DNA of 62,358 nucleotides, filler included. It is 7 parts of 7 records of this genome, joined end to end, with 100 filler letters (N's around TTAATTAATTAA, not from the genome) between each part and the next. Parts side by side here need not be neighbours in the genome. Positions count along the whole stretch, not along the records: positions 13,259 to 26,470 come from SRR20825010_8; positions 26,571 to 45,247 come from SRR20825010_9; 5 more parts are not named here. The stretch is one strand, 5' to 3'. This document shows positions 20,666-29,707 of this stretch, in pieces. A program made the translations under genes and the position numbers. Below the pieces are notes generated by a model. That model ran no database searches. It saw nothing but the letters and a program-made list of their open reading frames with translations, and had not been told where the DNA came from. Numbering within the stretch: position 1 is the first letter of the stretch; the number at the start of each line of letters is the position of its first letter.

Positions 20666-21931
20666 TTAAAGTGCTCCTTTAGCTGCTGTGTAAGTCCAAG
20701 AGAAAACGGAAAGATCTGCTCCTCCAGATGTTCCAGAAGTAGCCCAAGTTGCTGCTCTTTCTGTAAATGTTGGATTAAGAATAATCAAATCTTCAAAAAC
20801 ATCGTTAGTTGGATCATTGTCACTGCAATTTGCAATACAAGCAACTTTTTCAGCAAAGATTGTGTTATCATCACCGTTTATAACCCAATTTTGAAAAGTT
20901 AATTTTCCATCCAAAAAGTTTTGTGATACACCATTGTTGTCTAGCTCCACATCAGAATCTGCTTTAAAACCTACTGCATAAATATTATTTAAGGCGCCCA
21001 TTGCGTTATCACGTAAATCTGCGTACTCGCCATTTTCTGTAGTAGTGTTACCAATTAAAGTAATGCCATTTAATGTAAATCCTGCTTCGTAAGAACCTGC
21101 TGGGCCGTCAATTTCCATTGCATGATCAGAGATGTTGCCTAAAATAGCAACTGAATTTGAAATGGTACCTGAGTACGCCTCATCAATATCTAGTGCATCA
21201 TCACCACAAGCCCAAACTAAAGCATTTGATACGTTTACGCTTCCGCCAAACCATTCTATACCATCGTCCAAATTACCTACAACCTCTACATTAGAAATAG
21301 ATGTTCCAGATCCAACAGCACCCAGAGTAAGGCCGTTAATTTCATTTCCATCTCCTAATAAAGTGCCTCCGTGGCGAATAGAAATATAATTAATAACACC
21401 AGAATTATCTGCGTCATCATTACCTCCGTAAAGTCCGTTAGTATCACTAGCAGGAATACCTTCAATTTGGTTTTCAGTAGCATCTCCAGAAAGTGAAGCT
21501 TTCGCTTTACCTAAAACTATTACACCACCCCATAGATTACGATCATTTTCTGTAAGATTTGTTCCAGCAGTTTCGCCTAAAGCAATATTATCTGTAATTG
21601 AAGTAAAAATGATAGGCTTGCTTGCAGTTCCATTAGCTTGAATTTTTGCACCTCTTGCAATAATAAGTACAGAAGCATTGGAGTTTTGTCCTGCAAACGC
21701 CTTTATTATCGTACCTTCGTTAATAGTTAACGTTGCACCAGCAGTTACTGTTACACGACCTTCAAGTTCCCAAATAACATCATTGGTCAATGTCATGTCT
21801 TCAGTAATTTGACCAGAAAGTCTATTTTCTACTGGATCTGGATCAACGATTGGTGCATCGTCATCACTACTGCAGCTAATGGTAGTGGAAAGGGCAGCTA
21901 AAGCTATAATTGATAAAAAGAATTTTTTCAT
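20666..21931 (-). CDS. Surface lipoprotein with a probable beta-helix fold, partner of the TBDT
   Basis: Start moved to MKKFFL (21931). Lipobox TTISC followed by acidic SSDDD. Repeated DDGIEWFGG, DDALDID and DHAMEIDG rungs. Confidence 0.8.
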   Translation of the reverse strand: MKKFFLSIIALAALSTTISCSSDDDAPIVDPDPVENRLSGQITEDMTLTNDVIWELEGRVTVTAGATLTINEGTIIKAFAGQNSNASVLIIARGAKIQANGTASKPIIFTSITDNIALGETAGTNLTENDRNLWGGVIVLGKAKASLSGDATENQIEGIPASDTNGLYGGNDDADNSGVINYISIRHGGTLLGDGNEINGLTLGAVGSGTSISNVEVVGNLDDGIEWFGGSVNVSNALVWACGDDALDIDEAYSGTISNSVAILGNISDHAMEIDGPAGSYEAGFTLNGITLIGNTTTENGEYADLRDNAMGALNNIYAVGFKADSDVELDNNGVSQNFLDGKLTFQNWVINGDDNTIFAEKVACIANCSDNDPTNDVFEDLIILNPTFTERAATWATSGTSGGADLSVFSWTYTAAKGAL

Positions 21932-21967
21932 TTTTTTACTGTTTTTTTTATTATTTAAATTATGCAG

Positions 21968-22044
21968 CAAAGAAATGGCTGTAGTGTAAAACTAAGGTTA
22001 CTGCTAGATTACTAATATGCAATTATAGTGTTACCTTAGTGTTA
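21968..22044 (-). promoter_or_regulatory. Lipoprotein-TBDT promoter with an extended 11-bp-period repeat array
   Basis: Plus cores GTTA 21997, ATTA 22008, GTTA 22030 and GTTA 22041. TTTCTTTG element at 21968-21975. Confidence 0.7.
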
Positions 22045-22115
22045 AGCTATGATTCAAAAAAAACTATTGGTTTGCCTTCTGAAAATAGTATCTTGCCTTC
22101 AAAATTAGTACAGTT

Positions 22116-23447
22116 ATGATGCAATGGGAACAGTTGCTGTCGCTTCGGAAGCACGGAGATAAAAACAAGCGGCTTAGAATTGAAGAAAACGACACCCGTT
22201 TGGGTTTTGAAGTAGATTACGACCGCGTAATTTTTTCTTCAGCATTTAGGAGTTTGCAGGATAAAACACAGGTTATCCCCTTGTCTAAAACATCCTTTGT
22301 GCATACAAGGCTCACACATAGCCTAGAGGTTTCTGTGGTGGGGCGCTCTTTGGGACGCATTGTGGGAAAAGCTATTCTTAAAAGGCATCCCCATTTACAA
22401 AATACACATGGATACCAATTTAATGATTTTGGCGCTATTGTAGCAGCCGCAGCTTTGGCGCACGATATAGGCAATCCACCTTTTGGACATAGTGGTGAAA
22501 AAGCCATAGGCAACTATTTTTTGAACGGAAATGGCAAGCGCTTTAAAGAACACCTTACCGATAAAGAGTATCAAGACTTAGTGGATTTTGAAGGAAATGC
22601 AAATGGTTTCAAGATTTTAACAGAATCTAAAAATGGGGTAGCAGGTGGGTTGCGATTAACCTACGCAACCCTTGGAGCTTTTATGAAATACCCAAAGCAA
22701 TCACTCCCAAAGCGACCAACTTTATTTGTTTCAGATAAAAAATATGGTGTTTTTCAAAGTGAAACGGTTTTTTTTAATGAAGTTGTTGCCGATTTGGGGC
22801 TTTTAAATAGAAACAGTACAGGCTATGCGCGACATCCGCTAGCATTTCTGGTAGAAGCTGCCGATGATATTTGTTATACCATAATAGACTTTGAGGACGG
22901 CATCAATCTCGGGCTGATTGAAGAAGATATTGCTCTGGAATATTTAATCAATTTAGTACGGAATAACCTGAAAACAGAGGTCTATTCCAAACTAGAGACC
23001 CTGCAAAATAGATTGGCATATTTACGCTCACTGGCAATTAATACGTTAATAGGAGAAGCGGCAACCATTTTTATTGATAATGAGGAAGCAATTTTAAAGG
23101 GTACATTTTCGGATGCTTTGTTGGCTAAAAGTCAATACAAGGCACAAATTGCAGATATTATTAAAATTAGTATTCAAAAAGTGTATCAAAGCACAGAGGT
23201 AATGGAGAAGGAGATTGCTGGCTATACGATATTGACTACCTTATTGGACGCTTTTACAACTGCTGCTGAAAATTATAGCAACGGAGAAATAAGCCATTAC
23301 GATAAATTAGTAGTACAAATGTTTGGTTCAGATTTTACTAAAACCCAAACTGTCTATGATTCTTTAATGGAGAGTTGCAGCTATATTTCAAGATTAACGG
23401 ATGGGAATGCGCTTCAAATCTTTCAAAAAATAAAAGGAAATTTATAA
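22116..23447 (+). CDS. dgt: dGTP triphosphohydrolase (HD domain)
   Basis: LQDKTQV, HTRLTHSLEV, AHDIGNPPFGHSGE, FEGNANG and EAADDICY. Confidence 0.95.
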   Translation: MMQWEQLLSLRKHGDKNKRLRIEENDTRLGFEVDYDRVIFSSAFRSLQDKTQVIPLSKTSFVHTRLTHSLEVSVVGRSLGRIVGKAILKRHPHLQNTHGYQFNDFGAIVAAAALAHDIGNPPFGHSGEKAIGNYFLNGNGKRFKEHLTDKEYQDLVDFEGNANGFKILTESKNGVAGGLRLTYATLGAFMKYPKQSLPKRPTLFVSDKKYGVFQSETVFFNEVVADLGLLNRNSTGYARHPLAFLVEAADDICYTIIDFEDGINLGLIEEDIALEYLINLVRNNLKTEVYSKLETLQNRLAYLRSLAINTLIGEAATIFIDNEEAILKGTFSDALLAKSQYKAQIADIIKISIQKVYQSTEVMEKEIAGYTILTTLLDAFTTAAENYSNGEISHYDKLVVQMFGSDFTKTQTVYDSLMESCSYISRLTDGNALQIFQKIKGNL

Positions 23448-23614
23448 AAAAAATAAATTTGAGTTGCGTCAAAAAATGTTAAAACTTAAGTTAAAAGCGA
23501 TTTATACTTAATTTTATGATATTTTTATCACTTATTTTTTTGAAATATTATACAATCAAACTTTTTTGAAATAGTATTTCCTATTTATTCATTTTTTTAA
23601 TCAATTTAAGCCCT

Positions 23615-26215
23615 ATGAAAAAAATTTTTTACTTACTTATCTTCTTTGCTGTAAATACTGCCTTTGCGCAGGATTATAGCAATGTGATAAAAGCGTATTT
23701 ACAACAAAATAAATCGCAGTTCTCTTTGCAGCAGCAAGATGTGGCAGATATCTCGATTGCCTCACAAACTGCTTCAAAAAGTATGGGAGTGCATAACGTA
23801 TATGTAGAGCAGCGTTACCAAGGCATTAAAATATTCAACTCTTCTTCTCCATTCGTTATAAAAGATGGAGCTGTGTTAAACGCAAAAGTTTCATTTATTG
23901 AAAATATTTCAGCAAAGGTGAATAGTACCTCGCCTTCTATATCTGCAGTAAGTGCAATAGCTAAAGCAGCAAATTTTCTTGGATTACAGAGCCCTTCTGG
24001 CCTTAATCTAATAGAAACGGTATCTAATAATAGCTATGTTTTTTCTAATGGGAATATTTCACAAGAAAACATTCCAGTGGAATTGGTTTTCCAAAAAATG
24101 GAAGATTCTAATGCATTAAAACTAGCATGGAATTTAAGCATCTATCTTTTAGACTCTACTCATTATTATAGTGTGCGTATTGACGCGCTAACGGGCGAAC
24201 TGTTAAGTACGCACGATTGGGTTGTAAGCTGTAACTTCGGTGAGGGCTCGCATTCCCATGATACAGAAAGTGTACTCGTTGCTAAGTACCACAACAGCAG
24301 TAATGCTACAATCCTTACTGATGGATCTTCTTACCGTGTATTCCCTTTACCTTTAATCGGACCAAATGAAGGACCGGATCAATTACTCTCTGAACCCTCA
24401 GATGCAGTTGCCTCTCCTTACGGATGGCATGATTACGATGGAGTCGCAGGGGCGGACTTTACTATTTCACGTGGTAATAATGTTTGGGCGGTAGAAGATC
24501 AAAATGGAAACAATGGTGTTGGTACCGCTGCTGAAGGAGGTGCAACCCTTACTTTCGATTTTCCTTTTAATCTTCCTGCAAATCCAACCAGTTTCTTAGA
24601 TGGAGCAATTACCAACTTGTTTTATATGAATAATATGATGCACGATATTATGTATCATTATGGTTTTGATGAAGAAAGTGGAAACTTTCAAAGAAACAAT
24701 TATGGCCATGGTGGTAATGGGAACGACTTTGTGTTGGCCGAAGCTCAAGATGGTAGCGGCTTAAACAATGCAAACTTTGCCACACCTGCTGATGGTGGAG
24801 CTGGAAAAATGCAAATGTATTTATGGTCTGCTCCTGGAAATGTTTTAGGAACTTACCTTACACTAAATACAGGTGCTTTGGCTGGACAATATTATGGAAT
24901 GGACTCTAATTTTGCGCCACCTGTACCTACTACTGCAATTACAGCAGATCTAGTAGTTATTGAAGATGATAACTCAGGACCTTCAACAGATGCTAATGAC
25001 GGTTGTGATACCATTACAAACGCTGGTGACTTAAGTGGAAAAATTGTAGTAATCAGAAATGGTGTTTGTAGCTATAACGTTAAGGTTGCAGCAGCACAAG
25101 ATGCCGGGGCATTGGCAGTAATAATTGTAAATAATATTTCTGCAGATCCCCTTGTAATGGGAGGAAACGGGTCATCAATTAACATTCCTGCTATTATGAT
25201 TTACGAATCTGATGGGGATGAAATAATAGCTTCACTTCTTAATGGAGATTCTATTAATGCTTCCTTACGTAATGATGGCTCTGGAACAGATAACTTTTTA
25301 CGTGATGGAGATCTTGATAACGTCGTTATCGCACACGAATATGGACATGGTATCTCTAACCGCTTAACTGGTGGGGCATCTCAAGCAGGATGTCTGCAAA
25401 ACCAAGAACAAATGGGTGAAGGCTGGAGTGATTACTTTGGTTTAATGCTAACTATGAAAACGGGCGACTCAAGAGATGATTACCGTGGAATTGCAACTTA
25501 TGATGTAGGCCAAGGTCCAGGTGGAAAAGGTATTAGAACTAAGTACTACCACACTGATTTTGCAGTAAATAATTTTACCTATAACAGTATCAAATCTCAA
25601 ATTGCACCACACGGTGTGGGATCTGTTTGGACAACTATGCTTTGGGATTTAACTTGGGACTTAATTGACCAATATGGTTTTGACCCAGATGTTAAAAGTG
25701 GAAACGGTGGAAACAACATCGCTCTACAGCTTGTAATGGATGGTCTAAAATTACAGGCATGTAGCCCTGGGTTTGTAGATGGCCGTGATGCTATTCTTGA
25801 AGCTGATGAACTTGCCAATGGTGGTGCTAACAGATGTCTTATCTGGAGAGCCTTCGCTAGACGTGGGCTTGGGCTAAGTGCTAATCAAGGAAGTACCGCA
25901 AGTAAATCTGATGGTACTGAAGCTTTTGATATCCCTGTAGGTTGTGAACTAGGTGTTTCTGATAACGAAGGACTTAAAAATAACTTCATCGTATACCCTA
26001 ACCCTTCAAACGGTGAGCTTAACATTAAAGCAAGAGTAGATGTGGGTGAAGCTACAATAGCTATTTTTGATATGAATGGCAGAAAAGTTTTCAGTCAAAC
26101 ACTAGAACTTAGCCAAAACGCAACAATTAATGCATCTGGTCTTAATTCAGGTATTTACTTGATGCAGATCGATGGAGCAAATACTTCTCAAACTACAAAG
26201 TTGATCATCAACTAA
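23615..26215 (+). CDS. T9SS-secreted M36 (fungalysin) metallopeptidase with a PA domain
   Basis: Signal peptide, propeptide, GFDEESGNFQ, HEYGHGISNRL, MGEGWSDY, PA insert, and T9SS C-terminal domain VYPNP...GIYL...KLII. Confidence 0.92.
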   Translation: MKKIFYLLIFFAVNTAFAQDYSNVIKAYLQQNKSQFSLQQQDVADISIASQTASKSMGVHNVYVEQRYQGIKIFNSSSPFVIKDGAVLNAKVSFIENISAKVNSTSPSISAVSAIAKAANFLGLQSPSGLNLIETVSNNSYVFSNGNISQENIPVELVFQKMEDSNALKLAWNLSIYLLDSTHYYSVRIDALTGELLSTHDWVVSCNFGEGSHSHDTESVLVAKYHNSSNATILTDGSSYRVFPLPLIGPNEGPDQLLSEPSDAVASPYGWHDYDGVAGADFTISRGNNVWAVEDQNGNNGVGTAAEGGATLTFDFPFNLPANPTSFLDGAITNLFYMNNMMHDIMYHYGFDEESGNFQRNNYGHGGNGNDFVLAEAQDGSGLNNANFATPADGGAGKMQMYLWSAPGNVLGTYLTLNTGALAGQYYGMDSNFAPPVPTTAITADLVVIEDDNSGPSTDANDGCDTITNAGDLSGKIVVIRNGVCSYNVKVAAAQDAGALAVIIVNNISADPLVMGGNGSSINIPAIMIYESDGDEIIASLLNGDSINASLRNDGSGTDNFLRDGDLDNVVIAHEYGHGISNRLTGGASQAGCLQNQEQMGEGWSDYFGLMLTMKTGDSRDDYRGIATYDVGQGPGGKGIRTKYYHTDFAVNNFTYNSIKSQIAPHGVGSVWTTMLWDLTWDLIDQYGFDPDVKSGNGGNNIALQLVMDGLKLQACSPGFVDGRDAILEADELANGGANRCLIWRAFARRGLGLSANQGSTASKSDGTEAFDIPVGCELGVSDNEGLKNNFIVYPNPSNGELNIKARVDVGEATIAIFDMNGRKVFSQTLELSQNATINASGLNSGIYLMQIDGANTSQTTKLIIN

Positions 26216-26237
26216 GGTAGCTTAGAATTCCCTATTG

Positions 26238-26267
26238 AAAAGAGGCTCACAACGAGCCTCTTTTTTT
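26238..26267. terminator. Bidirectional terminator
   Basis: AAAAGAGGCTC-ACAAC-GAGCCTCTTTTTTT. Confidence 0.85.
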
Positions 26268-26469
26268 ATAAATACTTGTAGATAGTTTCTTTTATTCTTT
26301 CAGAAGAAATGCCGGCAATCCCTTGCAGTTCTTGGACGGTACCTTGTTCACAAAAAACATCTGGGATGCCTAAAACTTCAATTGAATTCTTATAACTATG
26401 CTTAGCTGCAAATGAAGAGACGGTACTTCCTAATCCACCTATAATTGCACCTTCCTCTACCGTAATGAT
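26266..26469 (-). CDS. dxs: 1-deoxy-D-xylulose-5-phosphate synthase, C-terminal fragment (not in the ORF track)
   Basis: Manual translation IITVEEGAIIGGLGSTV...LGIPDVFCEQGTVQELQGIAGIS...KYL*, a Dxs/transketolase-type C-terminus. Confidence 0.8.
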   Translation of the reverse strand: MITVEEGAIIGGLGSTVSSFAAKHSYKNSIEVLGIPDVFCEQGTVQELQGIAGISSERIKETIYKYL

Positions 26470-26470
26470 G

Positions 26471-26570
26471 NNNNNNNNNNNNNNNNNNNNNNNNNNNNNN
26501 NNNNNNNNNNNNNNTTAATTAATTAANNNNNNNNNNNNNNNNNNNNNNNNNNNNNNNNNNNNNNNNNNNN
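26471..26570. other. Artificial contig-joining spacer
   Basis: N44-TTAATTAATTAA-N44. Confidence 0.99.
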
Positions 26571-27503
26571 TGCATCCACCGGGCCGTGCGGCACCTGGCG
26601 ATCGGGCAGGGCGGGCTCAAAACCCAGTTTGTGGCATTCCTGGCAGTGGTTTTCCATGCTCAGGGTTTTAAAGCCTGTCGCTGTGTCTGCCGGTTCATGG
26701 CAATTCGCGCATTCCATGACCACCTTTTTTGTGGGTGTGTCGATGCCTTTGGGGTCCAGGTGCACGTCGTGCGGAAACTTCAAGTTCGTTTTCTCAACAA
26801 TGGGTGTGTTCGCTGCCATGCGAATACGCCGCAAATCGCTGGGTTCGGGCCCGGTTGCCACGGTTATCCGGAAGGCGGGGTGTTTGTCGCCTGTAAAATC
26901 GCGTACCGCCAGGGTTTCAGTTTTTGGGGCAACGGTTTTAATATCAGCGTGGCAAGCCGCGCAGTCTGCACCTACAAAATGTTTGTTCTGTTCGGCAAGG
27001 CTCTCGCGGCCTTTGTGGTCGCGGTGGCAGCTTGCGCAGCGGCCCTCTTCAAACGAGGTTTCAGGTACGGCTTTTTCGGCCACATGCAAACCCATGTTGC
27101 TGTGGCAAACTGCGCAGCTTTCGTCCTTCACACGAGAAAAATCACCGGTGTGGCAAGCCTGACAATCGCCTTCCAGATTGGAGTGCGCAGATGCCAAAGG
27201 CCCTGGGTTCCAGACTGAATCAAGCGCCAGCGCCGTAGTATTTCTTGAGTTATGCGCCGCATGGCTTTGAAGGCTGGGGTGGGCGTTTTGTGGCAACTTT
27301 GCCGCGTCTACCTGTTGTGGCTTCGCATTGACGGGTTGTTCAAGCACACCAAACAGGTGCGGTGTATATATTGCAACAAGCGGCAACACCAGAAATGCAA
27401 GCAGAATGGGCAGGAAAAAGAGCCACGACAAGGGGCGTTTCAAACCCATCGGTTTTTGCAGGGCTTGTTGCTCGATTTGAAGGGGGCTTTGTTGTTCGGC
27501 CAT
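26571..27503 (-). CDS. Membrane-anchored multiheme cytochrome c (c3-like, 3'-truncated)
   Basis: One N-terminal TM helix and six CxxCH motifs in the visible part (CQACH, CAVCH, CASCH, CAACH, CANCH, CQECH). Also WNPGPLASAH and FPHDVH. Confidence 0.9.
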
Positions 27504-27509
27504 GTGCGC

Positions 27510-28325
27510 TTACCAGTAAATGAACACGGACAACACATGTGCGATCAGTGCTGCAAGCAGCCCGAAAGACAAAGGAACATGCACGGCCAGCCACAGTTCA
27601 AGCCAGTAACGCATGTAGTAATAACGACGCAGTTGTTTGAGGGCACGCAGGCGTTGTACCTGGTTTTTGTAAATGTCGGCCAGGCTGTCGGATCGCGTGA
27701 TCTCCCGCTGCAGGGTATTGACTGCTTTCTCGGTGGCACAGTTTTTTACGTTCCCGGTGCGTTGGTTTCCACGTGTGTTGAAAACACCTTGCTTCAGTGA
27801 GCTGGCCACGGTGCGAGCTATCAGATCACCGGAGTTTCTAATCAATTTGACCGCTTCCCGATCCAGATTTTCCAGTTGTGCAACTATTTGGTCTGGGCTT
27901 TGACGGTTCAACACCTGCGACATTTCTTGAGGAAACCGAACATAGAATGTCAGCCCCCACACGCCCGTGCCAATGGTGGCCATGGTCAGCACATAGGCCA
28001 GCGAATGGACATTCCAGCCAATTTGAAAACCACTGTGAAGCGTGGCCACGACCGACAAAGCCAAACCCAGATAAATGTGTGCAGAAACCCAGCCGCGCAA
28101 ATTACCCGATTCATTGGCGTATTGGCGTTTGCGCACGCCAAACCACATTAGCCAGAGGATAAGCAGCGCGCCAATAGTGCCCAGGGTGTAACCCAGCCAG
28201 GTACCGCCGTTGGCATTAATGCGTGGTTGATCAAGCAGGTATGCAAATGAAGAAACGAGGGTGAGTAGTAGTGCCCACTTCAGGAAAACGAATTTTTTAT
28301 AATTGAACAGGTTGTCCTGAATCAT
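27510..28325 (-). CDS. Integral membrane protein with conserved TM histidines (cytochrome b/ferric-reductase-like)
   Basis: About 6 TM segments with SAHIYLG, TLHSG, AVHVPLS and IAHV. Lies directly upstream of the multiheme gene. Confidence 0.7.
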   Translation of the reverse strand: MIQDNLFNYKKFVFLKWALLLTLVSSFAYLLDQPRINANGGTWLGYTLGTIGALLILWLMWFGVRKRQYANESGNLRGWVSAHIYLGLALSVVATLHSGFQIGWNVHSLAYVLTMATIGTGVWGLTFYVRFPQEMSQVLNRQSPDQIVAQLENLDREAVKLIRNSGDLIARTVASSLKQGVFNTRGNQRTGNVKNCATEKAVNTLQREITRSDSLADIYKNQVQRLRALKQLRRYYYMRYWLELWLAVHVPLSFGLLAALIAHVLSVFIYW

Positions 28326-28453
28326 GGGTTCAGCGCCTTGGCGATTTTCAGAAGTAATGCTGCTCAGGGTTTACGCTAATATCGGTACAGCTATCAATGT
28401 TACGTCATCATTCGTAATGTTAGTATCCCTACTTCGCGTCTGGGAGTGTTCAA

Positions 28454-29707
28454 TTGAGTCTTGATGTTGCTTTTGTCGGCTTTATCTTCCTGTTTTTTCT
28501 AGTATTTTGTATGTATTTCGCATGGTACGGTTTTTTTTCTTTCAGTTGGAATAAAGCCAAACCCGGAGCAGAATCGCTGGAAAAAAGTCCGGAATGGCAT
28601 GCGCTGCTGGACCGTCGCCGGGAAATTGAGAACGACCCCATGCTGGACGAGGGTAGCAAGCGGATTTTGATTGAAAACTGGCAAACCATGGCGCAGGAAA
28701 GCAAGCCGCACATGGACGCACGTGGATCCCTTCAATCATCCAATTCAAGCTGGATCAAACCCGCAGCTTTGCCCGTATTGGTCGGCGGCGCTTTGATACT
28801 GGCCATTGCATTCACTTATTCCATTGGCGCGATGAATGCCGGCTCCCTTCAGTGGCCGGGGCGCAATACAGATTTACCAGGCACTTCATCTGTGGATCAA
28901 GCGGTTGCCGCTTCGTCGGGCCATCCTGGCGATGGTGCAAGCCTGGAGGATCGTCTGGCTGGTTTGAAAATCCGCCTCGCCCAACAACCTGACGACCTGC
29001 GTGGCTGGGTGTTGTTGGCGCGTACCCACGCGTCGATGTCCAATTATCTGGACAGCGCTGCCGCACTGAAAAAAGCACTGGAATTGACGCCCGGTCATCC
29101 CGACATTCTTGCCGATTTGGCCGACATGACAGCGATGGCCCAAGGCCGCAAGCTGGCGGGCGAACCTGAAACCTACATTGCGGCAGCGCTGCAAAGCGAG
29201 CCCCGGCACGAGAAAGCCCTGGCCCTGGCTGCCAGTGCAGCTGAACAGGCGGGCGACCCGAACAAGGCACAGGTGTATTGGCAGTTGTTAAGCCAGGTTC
29301 AACAAGCCAGTTTGAAAGCTGCTGCCCCTGAACCGGTTGTTGCAGATGATGTGTTAACCACAGTCAGTCTGGCGTTGCCGCAGGCAATGCCAGGCGGCAT
29401 AAATGACAATTCCGCGCTGTTTGTGTTCATGAAATCGCAGGCTGGAGCAGGCATGCCCCTGGCCGTGGTGCGTGTACCCGCCAGGCAATTGCAGGTGGGG
29501 CAAGTTGTGCGTTTTGGTCCGGGCGACTTCATTCAAGAAGGCGCAGTGAATAATTTGCCGGACACCTTGCATTTTCAGGCACGCCTGTCGATTCAGGGCA
29601 TGGCACAGCCTGGTGATGGTGATGTGGTATCCGGATGGGTTTCTGTGCCGCGCAGCGAATTGAGCCGTGGGCTCTCTCTGGATTTGAACCAGGGCAGCGC
29701 CCGCTAA
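28454..29707 (+). CDS. ccmI: Cytochrome c biogenesis TPR protein CcmI/CycH
   Basis: Two TM segments, TPR-like PDDLRGWVLLAR, C-terminal ALFVF...GMPLAVVR...ARLS domain, at the head of the ccm operon. Confidence 0.82.
   Translation: MSLDVAFVGFIFLFFLVFCMYFAWYGFFSFSWNKAKPGAESLEKSPEWHALLDRRREIENDPMLDEGSKRILIENWQTMAQESKPHMDARGSLQSSNSSWIKPAALPVLVGGALILAIAFTYSIGAMNAGSLQWPGRNTDLPGTSSVDQAVAASSGHPGDGASLEDRLAGLKIRLAQQPDDLRGWVLLARTHASMSNYLDSAAALKKALELTPGHPDILADLADMTAMAQGRKLAGEPETYIAAALQSEPRHEKALALAASAAEQAGDPNKAQVYWQLLSQVQQASLKAAAPEPVVADDVLTTVSLALPQAMPGGINDNSALFVFMKSQAGAGMPLAVVRVPARQLQVGQVVRFGPGDFIQEGAVNNLPDTLHFQARLSIQGMAQPGDGDVVSGWVSVPRSELSRGLSLDLNQGSAR

Noticed and set aside
21932-21970. Listed N-terminal extension of the lipoprotein (similarly 8890-8934, 16834-16860, 30979-31035, 35480-35545)
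   Set aside because: These alternative starts fall in promoter or upstream-gene sequence. The downstream ATGs give proper signal peptides or RBS spacing.
23615-28325. Functional link between the M36 peptidase/dxs and the multiheme cytochrome
   Set aside because: They are separated by an artificial spacer and come from different organisms.
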